DNA of 37,742 bases from Candidatus Omnitrophota bacterium (GTDB lineage: Bacteria > Omnitrophota > Gorgyraeia > Aquiviventales > Aquiviventaceae). The position numbers and the translations under genes were made by a program. Shown in pieces: positions 17,955 to 27,552 of this stretch (position 1 is its first letter; the number at the start of each line of letters is the position of its first letter). Location of the stretch: the NCBI GenBank assembly GCA_020057015.1, contig JAGVGS010000083.1, positions 1 through 37,742 of the forward strand, in the 5' to 3' direction. Below the pieces are notes generated by a model. That model did not search any database and was not told the origin of the DNA. It saw only the letters and a program-made list of their open reading frames with translations.

Positions 17955-18982
17955 GATTTAGTTTTCCTTGCTCGTTTCCGACGAGGGGGTTCCTTGGCCG
18001 AACTCGCGGCGCCCCCTACGGGCGTCTTCCCCATGCTCCGGACGACGCTGGCGATGATTCCAGCTAAGTTCATGGTTGGCTGAAATCCGATCAGCGCGTG
18101 GATCTTGCTGATATCAGGAATGCGGCGCGGCATATCCTCATACCCTTCCTCATAGGCCTCTTCGTAGGGAAGGTGCTCGATGGAGGAGGGGCTACCGGCA
18201 ATTCGAATCACCCGTTTGGCTAATTCCTCGATGGTTACTTCCTCTTGGCTGCCGAGATTAAAGACCTGGCCTACCGCCCCGGGATGCTCCACCAGCTTTA
18301 TTAACGCATTCACCACATCGTGCACATGAAGAAAGCAGCGCGTTTGGCTGCCATCACCATGGACCTGCAGCGGTTTTCCAGCGAGTGCTTGGCTGACGAA
18401 GCGAGGGATTACCATACCATACGCGCCACTTTGCCTGGGGCCTACCGTGTTAAACAGCCGCACAATAATGGTAGGAACGCCCTTTTCCTTCCAGTACACA
18501 TGCGCGAAGATCTCGTCCACCGCTTTCGATGTGGAGTAGCTCCAGCGCGTCTTCAGCGGAGAGCCCAGCACACGGTCGGTATCCTCCCGGAGCGGGCCTT
18601 GGCTGTTCTTGCCGTAGATTTCAGACGTTGAGGTAATGAGCACCTTCTTCCGGTAGCGATGGGCCATCTCCAGCACCACTTCGCTGCCTCTAATGTTCGT
18701 CATCATTGATTCGAGCGGTTTCTTGATGATCAGCTCTACGCCGACCGCGGCCGCCAGGTGGAAGACCATGTCGCATCGCTCAACAAGTTTGTCGACGAGC
18801 GTTTCATTCAGGATGGTACCGGTGACCATCTGGAAGTCCGCGCGTCCGTCGAGGTGAGCGACGTTCTCGTACCGACCAGTAGAGAGGTTGTCCATGACGG
18901 TCACGGCGTGTCCGCATGCGAGCAGCGCCTCAGCAAGGTGAGAACCGATGAATCCCGCACCACCGGTGACGAATACCTTCAT
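17945..18982 (-). CDS. NAD-dependent nucleotide-sugar epimerase/decarboxylase (extended SDR; UXS/ArnA-C-related)
   Basis: VTGGAGFIGSH, HLAAAVGV, TSTSEIYGK, RWSYSTSK and RLFNTVGPRQ. Confidence 0.85.
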   Translation of the reverse strand: MKVFVTGGAGFIGSHLAEALLACGHAVTVMDNLSTGRYENVAHLDGRADFQMVTGTILNETLVDKLVERCDMVFHLAAAVGVELIIKKPLESMMTNIRGSEVVLEMAHRYRKKVLITSTSEIYGKNSQGPLREDTDRVLGSPLKTRWSYSTSKAVDEIFAHVYWKEKGVPTIIVRLFNTVGPRQSGAYGMVIPRFVSQALAGKPLQVHGDGSQTRCFLHVHDVVNALIKLVEHPGAVGQVFNLGSQEEVTIEELAKRVIRIAGSPSSIEHLPYEEAYEEGYEDMPRRIPDISKIHALIGFQPTMNLAGIIASVVRSMGKTPVGGAASSAKEPPRRKRARKTKSCL

Positions 18983-20253
18983 GCGACCACCTCTTGGTAA
19001 AGAACTTCCATCTCCTCGATCAGCCGACGTGTGCTATAGTGCTCTCGCACGAACGCGCGCCCCGCGCGCCCCATCGCCAGCCGCTTCTGCACGTACGTAA
19101 CCAAATACCGCAATCCTTCGTACAGCGCCTCTGCATCCGCCAACACACCGTGCTGGGTTAGCCTGAACCGACCGGGTCCGTGTTGGATGTCGCCTAGTAG
19201 ATCGCGCACGCCACCCACATCGGTCGCCAGCACTGCTCGACCGGCAGCCAGCGATTCGATGAGTGACACTGGTGTCCCTTCATTCAAAGAGGTGAGGCAC
19301 ACAATATCCAAGTTTTGATAGACGCTTGCCATCGCTGTTTGCCATCCTGTGAATGTCACGGACTCCGTGAGCCCTCTAGCCTTAACCTGCAGCTCTAGCT
19401 CTTGGCGCAACTCCCCATCCCCAACCAGGATGAACCGTAGACAACATAACTGGGGCTCATCCTTGGCGCGCGCGGCGAGCTCGAGGAACAACCCTGGGCG
19501 CTTGATGGGAACGAGCCGCCCGACAAACCCTACTGTGATGGGGGCGACATCCTCGCGCGGCAGCGGCAGTGCGAGCAGTTCATTCAGGGGTAGCCCAAGC
19601 CTGACGACGCGCAGGCGGCCTTCGCGTCCGATCTTCAGTCGGATGAGGTCTGCCCGCACGGCGGGACTCACTGCAATGATGCGGTTCGTCTGCCACCCAA
19701 GCATTCGCTCAATCCATAGAAACACCGTAGACCGCACTCGTCCAAAGTATCGCTCCAAGACGTGTCCGTGGAAGGTGTGCACTAACCGACACTCATGGAT
19801 CTGCCGACCTGTCACTGCGCGCTCCAGGCGCACCAGTTGATTGGAAAGGAGGGTGGCCGCGCGTCCTAGCGTTCCAGCCTTGGCCGTATGCGTGTGAACT
19901 ACGGCTGGGCGTTCCCGGCGAATGATGCGAAAGAGCTGCCACCATGCATGCAGATCGCGCCATGGACGTATGGGCCGGCGCAACGAAGTCAATCGGACGT
20001 GCCTTACTCTGGTGCCGGTTAGGAGCCCGCTAAGATCTCCTTCGCTCGATTCGGGCTGGCCGGTGATCAGCAGAGACTGGAACGCTCCGCCGTTCAGCTG
20101 GGATGCCAGCGTGATGACGTGCTGCGCTGTTCCGCCCACATTGAGTCTGGTGATGACCTGCAGGATGGTTATCGCGCCAGTCATTGGTTCACGGGTGCGT
20201 GCCGACATATTCGCAGATCGCGGGCTGGCGACGAACGTCGGTGCGGCGCTCAT
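18979..20253 (-). CDS. Glycosyltransferase family 4
   Basis: ITRLNVGG, HTHTAKAG, VGRLVPIK and SLNEGTPVSLIESLAAG. Confidence 0.9.
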   Translation of the reverse strand: MSAAPTFVASPRSANMSARTREPMTGAITILQVITRLNVGGTAQHVITLASQLNGGAFQSLLITGQPESSEGDLSGLLTGTRVRHVRLTSLRRPIRPWRDLHAWWQLFRIIRRERPAVVHTHTAKAGTLGRAATLLSNQLVRLERAVTGRQIHECRLVHTFHGHVLERYFGRVRSTVFLWIERMLGWQTNRIIAVSPAVRADLIRLKIGREGRLRVVRLGLPLNELLALPLPREDVAPITVGFVGRLVPIKRPGLFLELAARAKDEPQLCCLRFILVGDGELRQELELQVKARGLTESVTFTGWQTAMASVYQNLDIVCLTSLNEGTPVSLIESLAAGRAVLATDVGGVRDLLGDIQHGPGRFRLTQHGVLADAEALYEGLRYLVTYVQKRLAMGRAGRAFVREHYSTRRLIEEMEVLYQEVVA

Positions 20254-21497
20254 GCGACCCTCACTGAACAGCGGGGTTCGGCGCGAATATTTTCGGCTCG
20301 GCGCAACGCCGTAAGACAGCGCTCAAGTCCGAACGCGGCGAACACGATAAGGGCCGGTTCCACGGGCAACCGGAAACGAATCATCCCGGTGAAGAGTCCG
20401 TGCTGAATCACAAACGTCACGATGAACAACCCGAGCAACCCAACCACGGCACAGCGCTGAGGCATCCGCAGTGCCCCCCATATGCCCACACAGGCCCAGC
20501 CCAGGATGAAAAGGTATGAGCTGCCGAGCACAATACGGTTGCGCCAAGAGGCATCGGCATAGGTCGGGCGCCACATATTGACAAGCTTGCGAAGAAACAG
20601 CCTAGGGATAGCAGTCGGATGATGGCGCAGGAAGCTGAGCGCTTGCTCCCAGTGGTAGCGGTTGACGCGGACTTCGGGCCATTCGACCGGCAGGATGAGG
20701 GGCGTGTAATCGGCATCATCAACGTAGCCTCGGCTGCCGCCGGTCGCCTCTGGACTGTTCCCCTGGTAGAAGACTGGACCTGCTTCTGTCGAGGTGAGGA
20801 TAGGAGCACCCATCACCATTAGGTTCCTGATCACCCATGGCGCTAGCACGATTAAGAGGCCGGCGAAAATGGCGACCCCCTTCCGCAGCGCTCGCAAACC
20901 CGTGGACCGATTGCGCCAGCACCACCAGACGGGCACCACGCCGGCAAAGACGAGGATGACCGGGCGAACGAGCGCCGCCAGTCCCAAGCATATCCCCGCG
21001 AGCATCGCGCGCATCATCGAAGGCCGCTCGGTGAACCTTGCCACCGCAACCAGTGAACCGACAACGCCCAGAACGAACAGCGTCTCAGTTAGCAGATAGC
21101 CTGTCCAAAAGATGAGGTGGGGATAGCCGGCGCTTAGAATTCCGGCCAACACAGATGTGGAGCGTCCACCAAGGCGCGCGCTTAGCTGGCTGATGAGGAC
21201 GCAGGTGAGCCCACCCAACACACACTGTACCAGCCCGATGCCGATGGGGGTCACGATCCCCATCCAAGAGAGCGTTGCGAGAAAAAGCGGGTAACCTGGC
21301 GTTACCGATGCTGTCGGGATTCCATCCACGCTCATACCCGCTCCCTGCGCCAACGTCCGGGCGAGATTGATGTATCGTCTTGAGTCTGAGGCGACGAACT
21401 CCAGATGGAACCAATTGCCATGCGCCTGCCCCAGCACGACGAGCAGCCGAATGCCGACGGCGAGCAGAAAGATCATGAGCAAGGCCCGCCGGCTCAT
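20250..21497 (-). CDS. ArnT/PMT-like polytopic (GT-C) glycosyltransferase
   Basis: Multiple TM segments, DSRRY, TPGYPLFLA, LLTETLF, LAALVRP, PWVIRN and RFRLPVEP. Confidence 0.75.
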   Translation of the reverse strand: MSRRALLMIFLLAVGIRLLVVLGQAHGNWFHLEFVASDSRRYINLARTLAQGAGMSVDGIPTASVTPGYPLFLATLSWMGIVTPIGIGLVQCVLGGLTCVLISQLSARLGGRSTSVLAGILSAGYPHLIFWTGYLLTETLFVLGVVGSLVAVARFTERPSMMRAMLAGICLGLAALVRPVILVFAGVVPVWWCWRNRSTGLRALRKGVAIFAGLLIVLAPWVIRNLMVMGAPILTSTEAGPVFYQGNSPEATGGSRGYVDDADYTPLILPVEWPEVRVNRYHWEQALSFLRHHPTAIPRLFLRKLVNMWRPTYADASWRNRIVLGSSYLFILGWACVGIWGALRMPQRCAVVGLLGLFIVTFVIQHGLFTGMIRFRLPVEPALIVFAAFGLERCLTALRRAENIRAEPRCSVRVA

Positions 21498-21509
21498 GCG
21501 CAGGCCCAG

Positions 21510-22955
21510 TCACTCATGCGTCACCTGGCTGGCGTGCGCTTCCTGACTGGACCTGCAAAGACGCACTCGATCTAGGAATGCGACAAGACCAGCGCAACCC
21601 AACATCACCAGCACCATTAGGTAAGGGTACCTAAATCGATAGATGGCACCCATGTTGGTCGTCACGAAGCCATACATGATCAAGAAACCCAGACAACACA
21701 CGACGAGTGTCCAGAACTGCGTACATCTGCGCCACACCCACATGGCGTACGGGAGAAAGTACAGCGCCAAATACACACCGAGCATTTCCATCGCCGCCAC
21801 CCGGCGCATCAGGGTGTTCTGCGGAATCCGTCCCGGCTTGACCCAGTCCCTCGGAAACGGCGAAAACAAGGCGATCTGCGCGGCCCGCGGCAAGTAGCCA
21901 AGCATCTCCCCTGCGCTGTGCAACGCGATCTCGGTATCGATGTTGCTGGTGGCAGTCGGGTAACTGACGCGGAACCAATCCCGCGCGAGCGCCAACGCGC
22001 TGAGCTTGTCCTCGATCCGCGCCGGCAGGATTCCAGAGGCTCTCCAATACGGCTGGGACGGCGCCACCAGCGCAGGTGGAGTTGTAACCGTTGGATCTGG
22101 CAGCTCGACCTCAGTTACTTGAGGGGATGCCTTGACGTGCTGCAAGATATGAAACCGCCGATCCTGGATCTTGGTCAAAGAGCCCAGGCTGATACTCATA
22201 ACCCCAACACATATCACCGCTATGACGTTCCAGTGCCATTTCGCCTTTCTCTGCACCACCCAAATTAGCCAGCGGAGTACGGCATATGTACCGACGAGAA
22301 CCAGCGCCACTTGCAAGAGGTGCACTACGTACGGGCGAGCGATCGACACCAGCACAGATCCCAAGACCACCCACCCTACTGCACGAATCGGTCCCCATGC
22401 CGTTCGCTGCCAGGTGCCGGCGGCCGACAACTGGGCCAATCCGTAGAGCGCAACCATCACGCCGGTCGTCGCAAAGACCTCCTTATGTAGTTGTGCATAC
22501 CAGCTCATCGCCGATGGCCACATCATGTACGGCACGACGCACCATAAGGCCTGCTGTTGGGTTCTCACGAAGGGCCGGATGATGCGCAGGGCCATCGCGG
22601 TTCCAGTCGCATGTAGTGCCGCATTGAGGGGGATCACCGCCCAGGGTGTAGGCCAAATCAACGCGTAGAATACGGCAAAGACCCCCGCGCCGGACATGCC
22701 GTGTGGGCGCAGCTCCCATCGTCCCCACCCAAACTGTAAGATCTCGTTAGCAAGTTCAAGCGTCCGGCTATGATACGGTAACCAGTCTCCTCCTAACAAC
22801 AACCCGCCACCCCCGTGCCAAGCGGAAAACACGTAGGGAAGTAGAAAAAGCTGGACTAGAAACCCTATGGCCGCGGTGTAGGCGAAGACGATCAACCATA
22901 GCTGCAGTTCCGAAACCGCGGACGATCTCTGAGCCACTCCGATCGCGCGGGTCAT
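21510..22955 (-). CDS. Polytopic membrane protein, possible Wzy-like polymerase / GT-C enzyme
   Basis: Many hydrophobic segments, GDWLPYH, QLHKE, FSPFP and C-terminal NMGAIYRFR. Located between glycosyltransferase genes. Confidence 0.55.
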   Translation of the reverse strand: MTRAIGVAQRSSAVSELQLWLIVFAYTAAIGFLVQLFLLPYVFSAWHGGGGLLLGGDWLPYHSRTLELANEILQFGWGRWELRPHGMSGAGVFAVFYALIWPTPWAVIPLNAALHATGTAMALRIIRPFVRTQQQALWCVVPYMMWPSAMSWYAQLHKEVFATTGVMVALYGLAQLSAAGTWQRTAWGPIRAVGWVVLGSVLVSIARPYVVHLLQVALVLVGTYAVLRWLIWVVQRKAKWHWNVIAVICVGVMSISLGSLTKIQDRRFHILQHVKASPQVTEVELPDPTVTTPPALVAPSQPYWRASGILPARIEDKLSALALARDWFRVSYPTATSNIDTEIALHSAGEMLGYLPRAAQIALFSPFPRDWVKPGRIPQNTLMRRVAAMEMLGVYLALYFLPYAMWVWRRCTQFWTLVVCCLGFLIMYGFVTTNMGAIYRFRYPYLMVLVMLGCAGLVAFLDRVRLCRSSQEAHASQVTHE

Positions 22956-23218
22956 GGCGGTGACAGACCTCTCCTGTCCCGCGGAGCGGCCAACTGGGTG
23001 GTTTCATTGAGGATATCCAGATGCTCCTGCAGGCTCACCAGTTGGTCTTGCAGAAGGCGCAACCGCTGCTCAAGCTTCGTGAACAGCTCACGCGTTCCTG
23101 AGAGGTAGCCCCACAACGACAGCGCGAGGAAAAATGCCACTATCATCCTAACAAAGAACAAGATGGCGTGCCGTCCGACCTCTTGGTACGTCCGCCTCTT
23201 TCGTGTGCGTATAGTCAT
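22952..23218 (-). CDS. Small bitopic membrane protein with leucine-zipper coiled coil (88 aa)
   Basis: ATG 23218 lies immediately after the upstream stop and the stop forms an ATGA overlap with the next gene. Basic N-terminus, one TM segment and a heptad Leu repeat. Confidence 0.65.
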   Translation of the reverse strand: MTIRTRKRRTYQEVGRHAILFFVRMIVAFFLALSLWGYLSGTRELFTKLEQRLRLLQDQLVSLQEHLDILNETTQLAAPRDRRGLSPP

Positions 23219-23219
23219 G

Positions 23220-24269
23220 TTAGCCTCGGCACAGGAAATGCCAGTAGGGCAACTGATCCGAAATGAGCACCTCGTGGAAGGTATCCCGCAATTCCGCGAT
23301 TTGCGCTCGACTGTACCGCTGTTCAATCCCTGTGAAGAATCTGTCATAGATATCCTGCCGAATCCGCTCCATCCCTTTGCCGTCATACACCTCCGCAAGC
23401 GGTACGTAGCGCGCCCATCCAAACGGCCGCAGGAACCTCCCGAGCTTAATACATGGACGGTAGATCAGCCAGGCGAGGACCCAGGTGAACCCGGCGCGAA
23501 ATTCCCGGTGCTGGATCTTCGACAGGACGCGACGCATCCGGGTCACGCATCCCAGTAGTGGGCGGAAATACCAGGGACGGTTGTCGACCGCATAATAAAG
23601 GTAAACCAGCAGCGTCGCCGCATAGCGTCTGAGGCGCCGGAGTTCAGCCAAAGCGTCGGTGGGCAGTGTGTGCAGGACACCGAGACAGAAGAGGAAGCCG
23701 GCAAACCGCTCACGGAAGGGCAGCCGCCTCAAATCGCCCATGAAAAAGAGGGTTCGGGGCGACCCCCGCAGATTGTGCCGGCCGACAAAGATCGCGTCGG
23801 AGAAATCGACGAGCACCAGCTCCCGGCACCGCTTGGCCAGAAAATAGCTCCACCGCCCGATGCCACAACCTAGATCGCAGACCCGCGCAGCCCGTAGATC
23901 CTCGAGATTCATGAGGTCGAAATACTGCCGGAATTCCCGTTCGTGCTCCGGGAGGATCTTCGGAAATGCTTGCCATTCGGCCCCGAACGTCCTCTGAATC
24001 GTTTCGCTCCCGTCGACGCAGCGGTTGGTCGCCGAGTCCTGCCCAGCGCGATGGAACCGCGCCGTGAGGCCCGCAGGATACTGCGCGGGATCAAGGAGGA
24101 TGATGACGTCATCTATAATAGGGTATGCGTGACCCGCTACCGTCAGCTGGTGGGTATCAAGCTGGACGTCCGGCGTGCCGAAGAGATCCCGCAAGCTGTC
24201 CAGCTTGTCGGCGTAGTACAGGGCTGGCGATTTAATTACCGTCGACGACTCGGGTGTAGAGAGACTCAT
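23220..24269 (-). CDS. Class I SAM-dependent methyltransferase with Trm112-like N-terminal segment
   Basis: YPIIDDVIILL, TFGAEW, DLGCGIGRW, CLGVLH and DIYDRFF. Start reassigned to ATG 24269. Confidence 0.82.
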   Translation of the reverse strand: MSLSTPESSTVIKSPALYYADKLDSLRDLFGTPDVQLDTHQLTVAGHAYPIIDDVIILLDPAQYPAGLTARFHRAGQDSATNRCVDGSETIQRTFGAEWQAFPKILPEHEREFRQYFDLMNLEDLRAARVCDLGCGIGRWSYFLAKRCRELVLVDFSDAIFVGRHNLRGSPRTLFFMGDLRRLPFRERFAGFLFCLGVLHTLPTDALAELRRLRRYAATLLVYLYYAVDNRPWYFRPLLGCVTRMRRVLSKIQHREFRAGFTWVLAWLIYRPCIKLGRFLRPFGWARYVPLAEVYDGKGMERIRQDIYDRFFTGIEQRYSRAQIAELRDTFHEVLISDQLPYWHFLCRG

Positions 24270-25368
24270 AGGTTCGTACAATGCACTCCAGGGAAAACTG
24301 CTGCGCAATCCGCTCGCGCGCAGTCCGCCCCAACGCCTGGCGGGACTCCTCATCCATCGTTAAGAGCTCATGCCACGCCTCAGCGAGCGCGACGGGATCA
24401 CGGGGCGGAACCACGCGCCCAGTCTGACCGACGAGAGAGGCGGTATCTCCAACATCCGTCACTGCGCACGGCACCCCGCATGCCATTGCCTCGCCAATCG
24501 CATTCGGGAACCCTTCCCCATAGGCAGAGGAGGAAGTCCCCACATCCAAAGCGGCGTGGAACCTGGGCATATTGTCCAGGCGGCCGAGAAGGTGGCACGC
24601 GTCATGAACACCTGCAGCCTTGGTCCACTCCGCGAGAGGCCGGTTGGCCCATATCACCCCATCCCCGCAGAGGACAAAATGTGTCTGCGGCATCCGCTCG
24701 CGAAGCAGCCGCGCCGCCTCCACAAAAGTCCGGTGGTCCTTTTGAGGGTTAAAGCGCGCAGCTAATCCAACCAAGGGCGTGCACTCCGCCACCCCTAGCT
24801 CTCGTCGGAGCGCTGCGCGAGCCTCCGGAGCCGGGTGAAACTCGGTTAGATCAAATCCGTTCGGAATCACAACCATGCGGTCAGCCGCGTAGCGCATCCG
24901 AATATGGATCGTCCGGGCGACATCGGAACAGCACACGACTTGCCTAGGAATCCAATGCGACAGTGCCGCGCAAGCTCTGGCGGTCCAGACGGTAGTTCGG
25001 GGACTCAACCTAGCATCCAAGCTGCCGCGAATCCCCCAAATGACGGGAATTGGCCCCGACAACTTAGCCGCTAACCCACCCAAGAGATCGGCATGATACA
25101 GCCAGGTCTGCACGATATCCGGGGTGAGTCGCTTGAGTAGCCGCCAGAGCTGCCACAGTCTCTGTGGATCCGGAAGACCCCCACGTCGCATGCTCAGTGA
25201 ATGCACCTGGATCCCGGTGTCCCGGATCCGCTCTCCGACTGGCCCGATCGGCATGAGCGACACCACGGTGTTATCAAACTGTGCGCGATTAATCCGGCTC
25301 AAAAGCTTGCAGAGCATCATTTCTGCCCCACCGATATCGAGTCCGGTGATGACGTGCACGCATCGCAC
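24232..25368 (-). CDS. Glycosyltransferase family 4
   Basis: HVITGLDIGGAE, QTWLYHAD, ARFNPQKDH and GEGFPNAIGEAMACG. Start uncertain (GTG 25368 or ATG 25437). Confidence 0.88.
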   Translation of the reverse strand: MRCVHVITGLDIGGAEMMLCKLLSRINRAQFDNTVVSLMPIGPVGERIRDTGIQVHSLSMRRGGLPDPQRLWQLWRLLKRLTPDIVQTWLYHADLLGGLAAKLSGPIPVIWGIRGSLDARLSPRTTVWTARACAALSHWIPRQVVCCSDVARTIHIRMRYAADRMVVIPNGFDLTEFHPAPEARAALRRELGVAECTPLVGLAARFNPQKDHRTFVEAARLLRERMPQTHFVLCGDGVIWANRPLAEWTKAAGVHDACHLLGRLDNMPRFHAALDVGTSSSAYGEGFPNAIGEAMACGVPCAVTDVGDTASLVGQTGRVVPPRDPVALAEAWHELLTMDEESRQALGRTARERIAQQFSLECIVRTYESLYTRVVDGN

Positions 25369-25387
25369 GCGCCGGACGACTGGCTCG

Positions 25388-26290
25388 CTACGGAGCTCGA
25401 TGGACGGCACGGTACCAGGCAACGCACAGCTCTTCATCAGTAAATGTCCGAAATTTGGTTGCCAGGCGCTTCCGCGAGAACTGCGGATGCAATTCAGCCC
25501 GCTCCAACCGTTTGGCCACTGGAACGACGCCTGCGGCGGCAAATATTTCATCCCACTGCGGCGCGCGCAACCGGTTCGTCCACGCGCTTCGCCGGCTAGT
25601 CATAGACTCCCAGAGCTTGTTAGAGTATCGCAGGAACCGGAGCCAGTCCATGTCCTTTCCGAAGGTGTAATGGTCGCGCAGGTCGATGATGTGGCACATC
25701 ACGCCCTCCGGCCGAAGCACGCGGCACATCTCGTTGATGAGTTCGGTAGGAAACCGCACATGTTCTAGCACGCTCTTCGACCAGATGATATCGACCGAGT
25801 TGTCAGGCAGTGGGATTGTTTGTCCGTCATATAATGAGAGCTTCAAATCATCCTCTGAGATGCTGGCCTGACCCTCGTATCTGGAAAGCCGCAGACCGGA
25901 ATCGCTGGGCAGCTGGCCTGTGGCCAGGCGCGCGGCGATCCATTCCCGCGTTGCGGTGTACGTCCAAACACGGCGCACCGATTCAGAAAGATACGGGACA
26001 ACATCAACGCCAACAGCCCGGCGCACACCGTAGAGCAAGGCGGCGAACAGGAGGTCGGGCGTCTGGCCTGGCCCCAGCTCAAGCAGCACTTGTCCTTGCA
26101 GTTTGCCGCCCGCCTCCAGTGTCATGGACAACAGTTCTCCCAAAACTGGGGCGATCTTATCCGGATCGCGCCCCAATCCTGTGTGGTGAAATCGCCGGGC
26201 AGAGGATCTGACCACCGGAATGCCCATGAGAGCGTTCTGCACGACATGCCGCGTGGGCGAATCCAGCAGTAGCTCACGGATGGCATTCAT
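25388..26290 (-). CDS. Class I SAM-dependent methyltransferase
   Basis: LLELGPGQ, VDIIWSKSVLEHV, RVLRPEGVMCHIIDLRDH and NRLR. Confidence 0.82.
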   Translation of the reverse strand: MNAIRELLLDSPTRHVVQNALMGIPVVRSSARRFHHTGLGRDPDKIAPVLGELLSMTLEAGGKLQGQVLLELGPGQTPDLLFAALLYGVRRAVGVDVVPYLSESVRRVWTYTATREWIAARLATGQLPSDSGLRLSRYEGQASISEDDLKLSLYDGQTIPLPDNSVDIIWSKSVLEHVRFPTELINEMCRVLRPEGVMCHIIDLRDHYTFGKDMDWLRFLRYSNKLWESMTSRRSAWTNRLRAPQWDEIFAAAGVVPVAKRLERAELHPQFSRKRLATKFRTFTDEELCVAWYRAVHRAP

Positions 26291-27546
26291 GACACGATTA
26301 CCCGGTGGGGCTCCGCGGTTTCCCGGAACAGCTCCGTAACGGCTCCAGCGGGTTCAGGGTCGCCCAATGACACTCGAGGCGCTGCGAGGGACTGCCCAAG
26401 CTGCCTATCGATCCCTCGCCCTCGCTCTTCAAGAGCCTCGAGAAACAGTGCTTCATATTGCGGAACGATCACGCGCATGTCAAACCGTGCGCTGGATGCT
26501 TGGCCAGCGACGGCGTACCGATGGCGCGTGTCAGGATCGACCGCTAGCCTCTTAATCGCCTGCGCTAGCTCCTCGGCCGACTCGGGCGCACATAACAGCC
26601 CATCCACCCCATCAACAATGATTTCCTCTGGCCCTGAAGGGCATCGCGTCGCCACCACCGGTGTGCCGCACGCCATCGCTTCCACTATGACATGCCCGAA
26701 TCCTTCCCACCGCGATGAGAGCACGAACAGATCCGCCCGTGCCATCCACGCAAACGGATTCGCTTGTGCACCGGCAAACACCACCCGCGGCTCGATGCTC
26801 AGCTGCCGCGTAAGAGCACGCAACGATGAGCTTTCTTCACCCTCCCCGATGATAGTCAGACCCCATTCGATCCCCTTCAAGCGAGCCGCCGCTTGCAAGA
26901 GCACATCGAATCCTTTCTGACGCACCAGCCGTCCGACCGCAACCATCTCAAACGGCCGGCGAGCACTCAAGTCTGCCAACCTACATCCTAGTGGGATGTC
27001 CGCGATGAGCCGCCGAATGGAATCGCGATCCACCGGATTATAGATGACTCGAACGCGTTTCGGTGCCAGGCTATTTCGCGCAATGCAATCTATCGCAACT
27101 CCGCGTGAGAGACAGACGACACGATCGGCCCGGCGATACGCAGCAGCCGTCAGCCAATCACTCAGCGTAGCGGGCTGACGACCCGCGGCGGTCTGATGAT
27201 TGGCCTCGCGCACAATGGTTACGGGTCGATAACCCGATAGCCGCTGAGCCAGGATGACCGCGGCGTTGGGATACAAGAGTGTTGAAAACAGCAGATCCGG
27301 CTTGTGCCGACGAATCAATCGAGCCAGTCGCCCCACTAACTGCCGAGCACGGTGTATCTGCAGGTTGAGCACCTCTACGTCGTCGCGCAACCACTGGCGG
27401 TACTCGCCAGTCTCCTGATACAGCGCCAAGACGGGTGTGAATCGATCACGATCGAGCCCATTGACGATGTTCAGGACGGTACGTTGCGCGCCTCCATATT
27501 CCATGGTTGGAAGCACGAACAGTGCGCGGATGCGGGGAAGCGACAT
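26287..27546 (-). CDS. Glycosyltransferase family 4 (PglJ/WabH-like)
   Basis: YGGAQR, IYNPVD, VGRLVRQKGFD and SRWEGFGHVIVEAMACG. Confidence 0.9.
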   Translation of the reverse strand: MSLPRIRALFVLPTMEYGGAQRTVLNIVNGLDRDRFTPVLALYQETGEYRQWLRDDVEVLNLQIHRARQLVGRLARLIRRHKPDLLFSTLLYPNAAVILAQRLSGYRPVTIVREANHQTAAGRQPATLSDWLTAAAYRRADRVVCLSRGVAIDCIARNSLAPKRVRVIYNPVDRDSIRRLIADIPLGCRLADLSARRPFEMVAVGRLVRQKGFDVLLQAAARLKGIEWGLTIIGEGEESSSLRALTRQLSIEPRVVFAGAQANPFAWMARADLFVLSSRWEGFGHVIVEAMACGTPVVATRCPSGPEEIIVDGVDGLLCAPESAEELAQAIKRLAVDPDTRHRYAVAGQASSARFDMRVIVPQYEALFLEALEERGRGIDRQLGQSLAAPRVSLGDPEPAGAVTELFRETAEPHRVIVS

Positions 27547-27552
27547 GGCACG

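Noticed and set aside
18268-18280. ops/JUMPStart-like GGCGGTAG on the minus strand
   Set aside because: It lies inside a CDS, lacks the downstream TG of the consensus and is not in a leader; likely chance.
17945-18982. Possible UDP-apiose synthase (RWSY motif), which would link to the OiaC-like TIM barrel
   Set aside because: The Cys residues typical of apiose synthases (LAAIC, STCE) are absent. This protein has LAAAVG and STSE.
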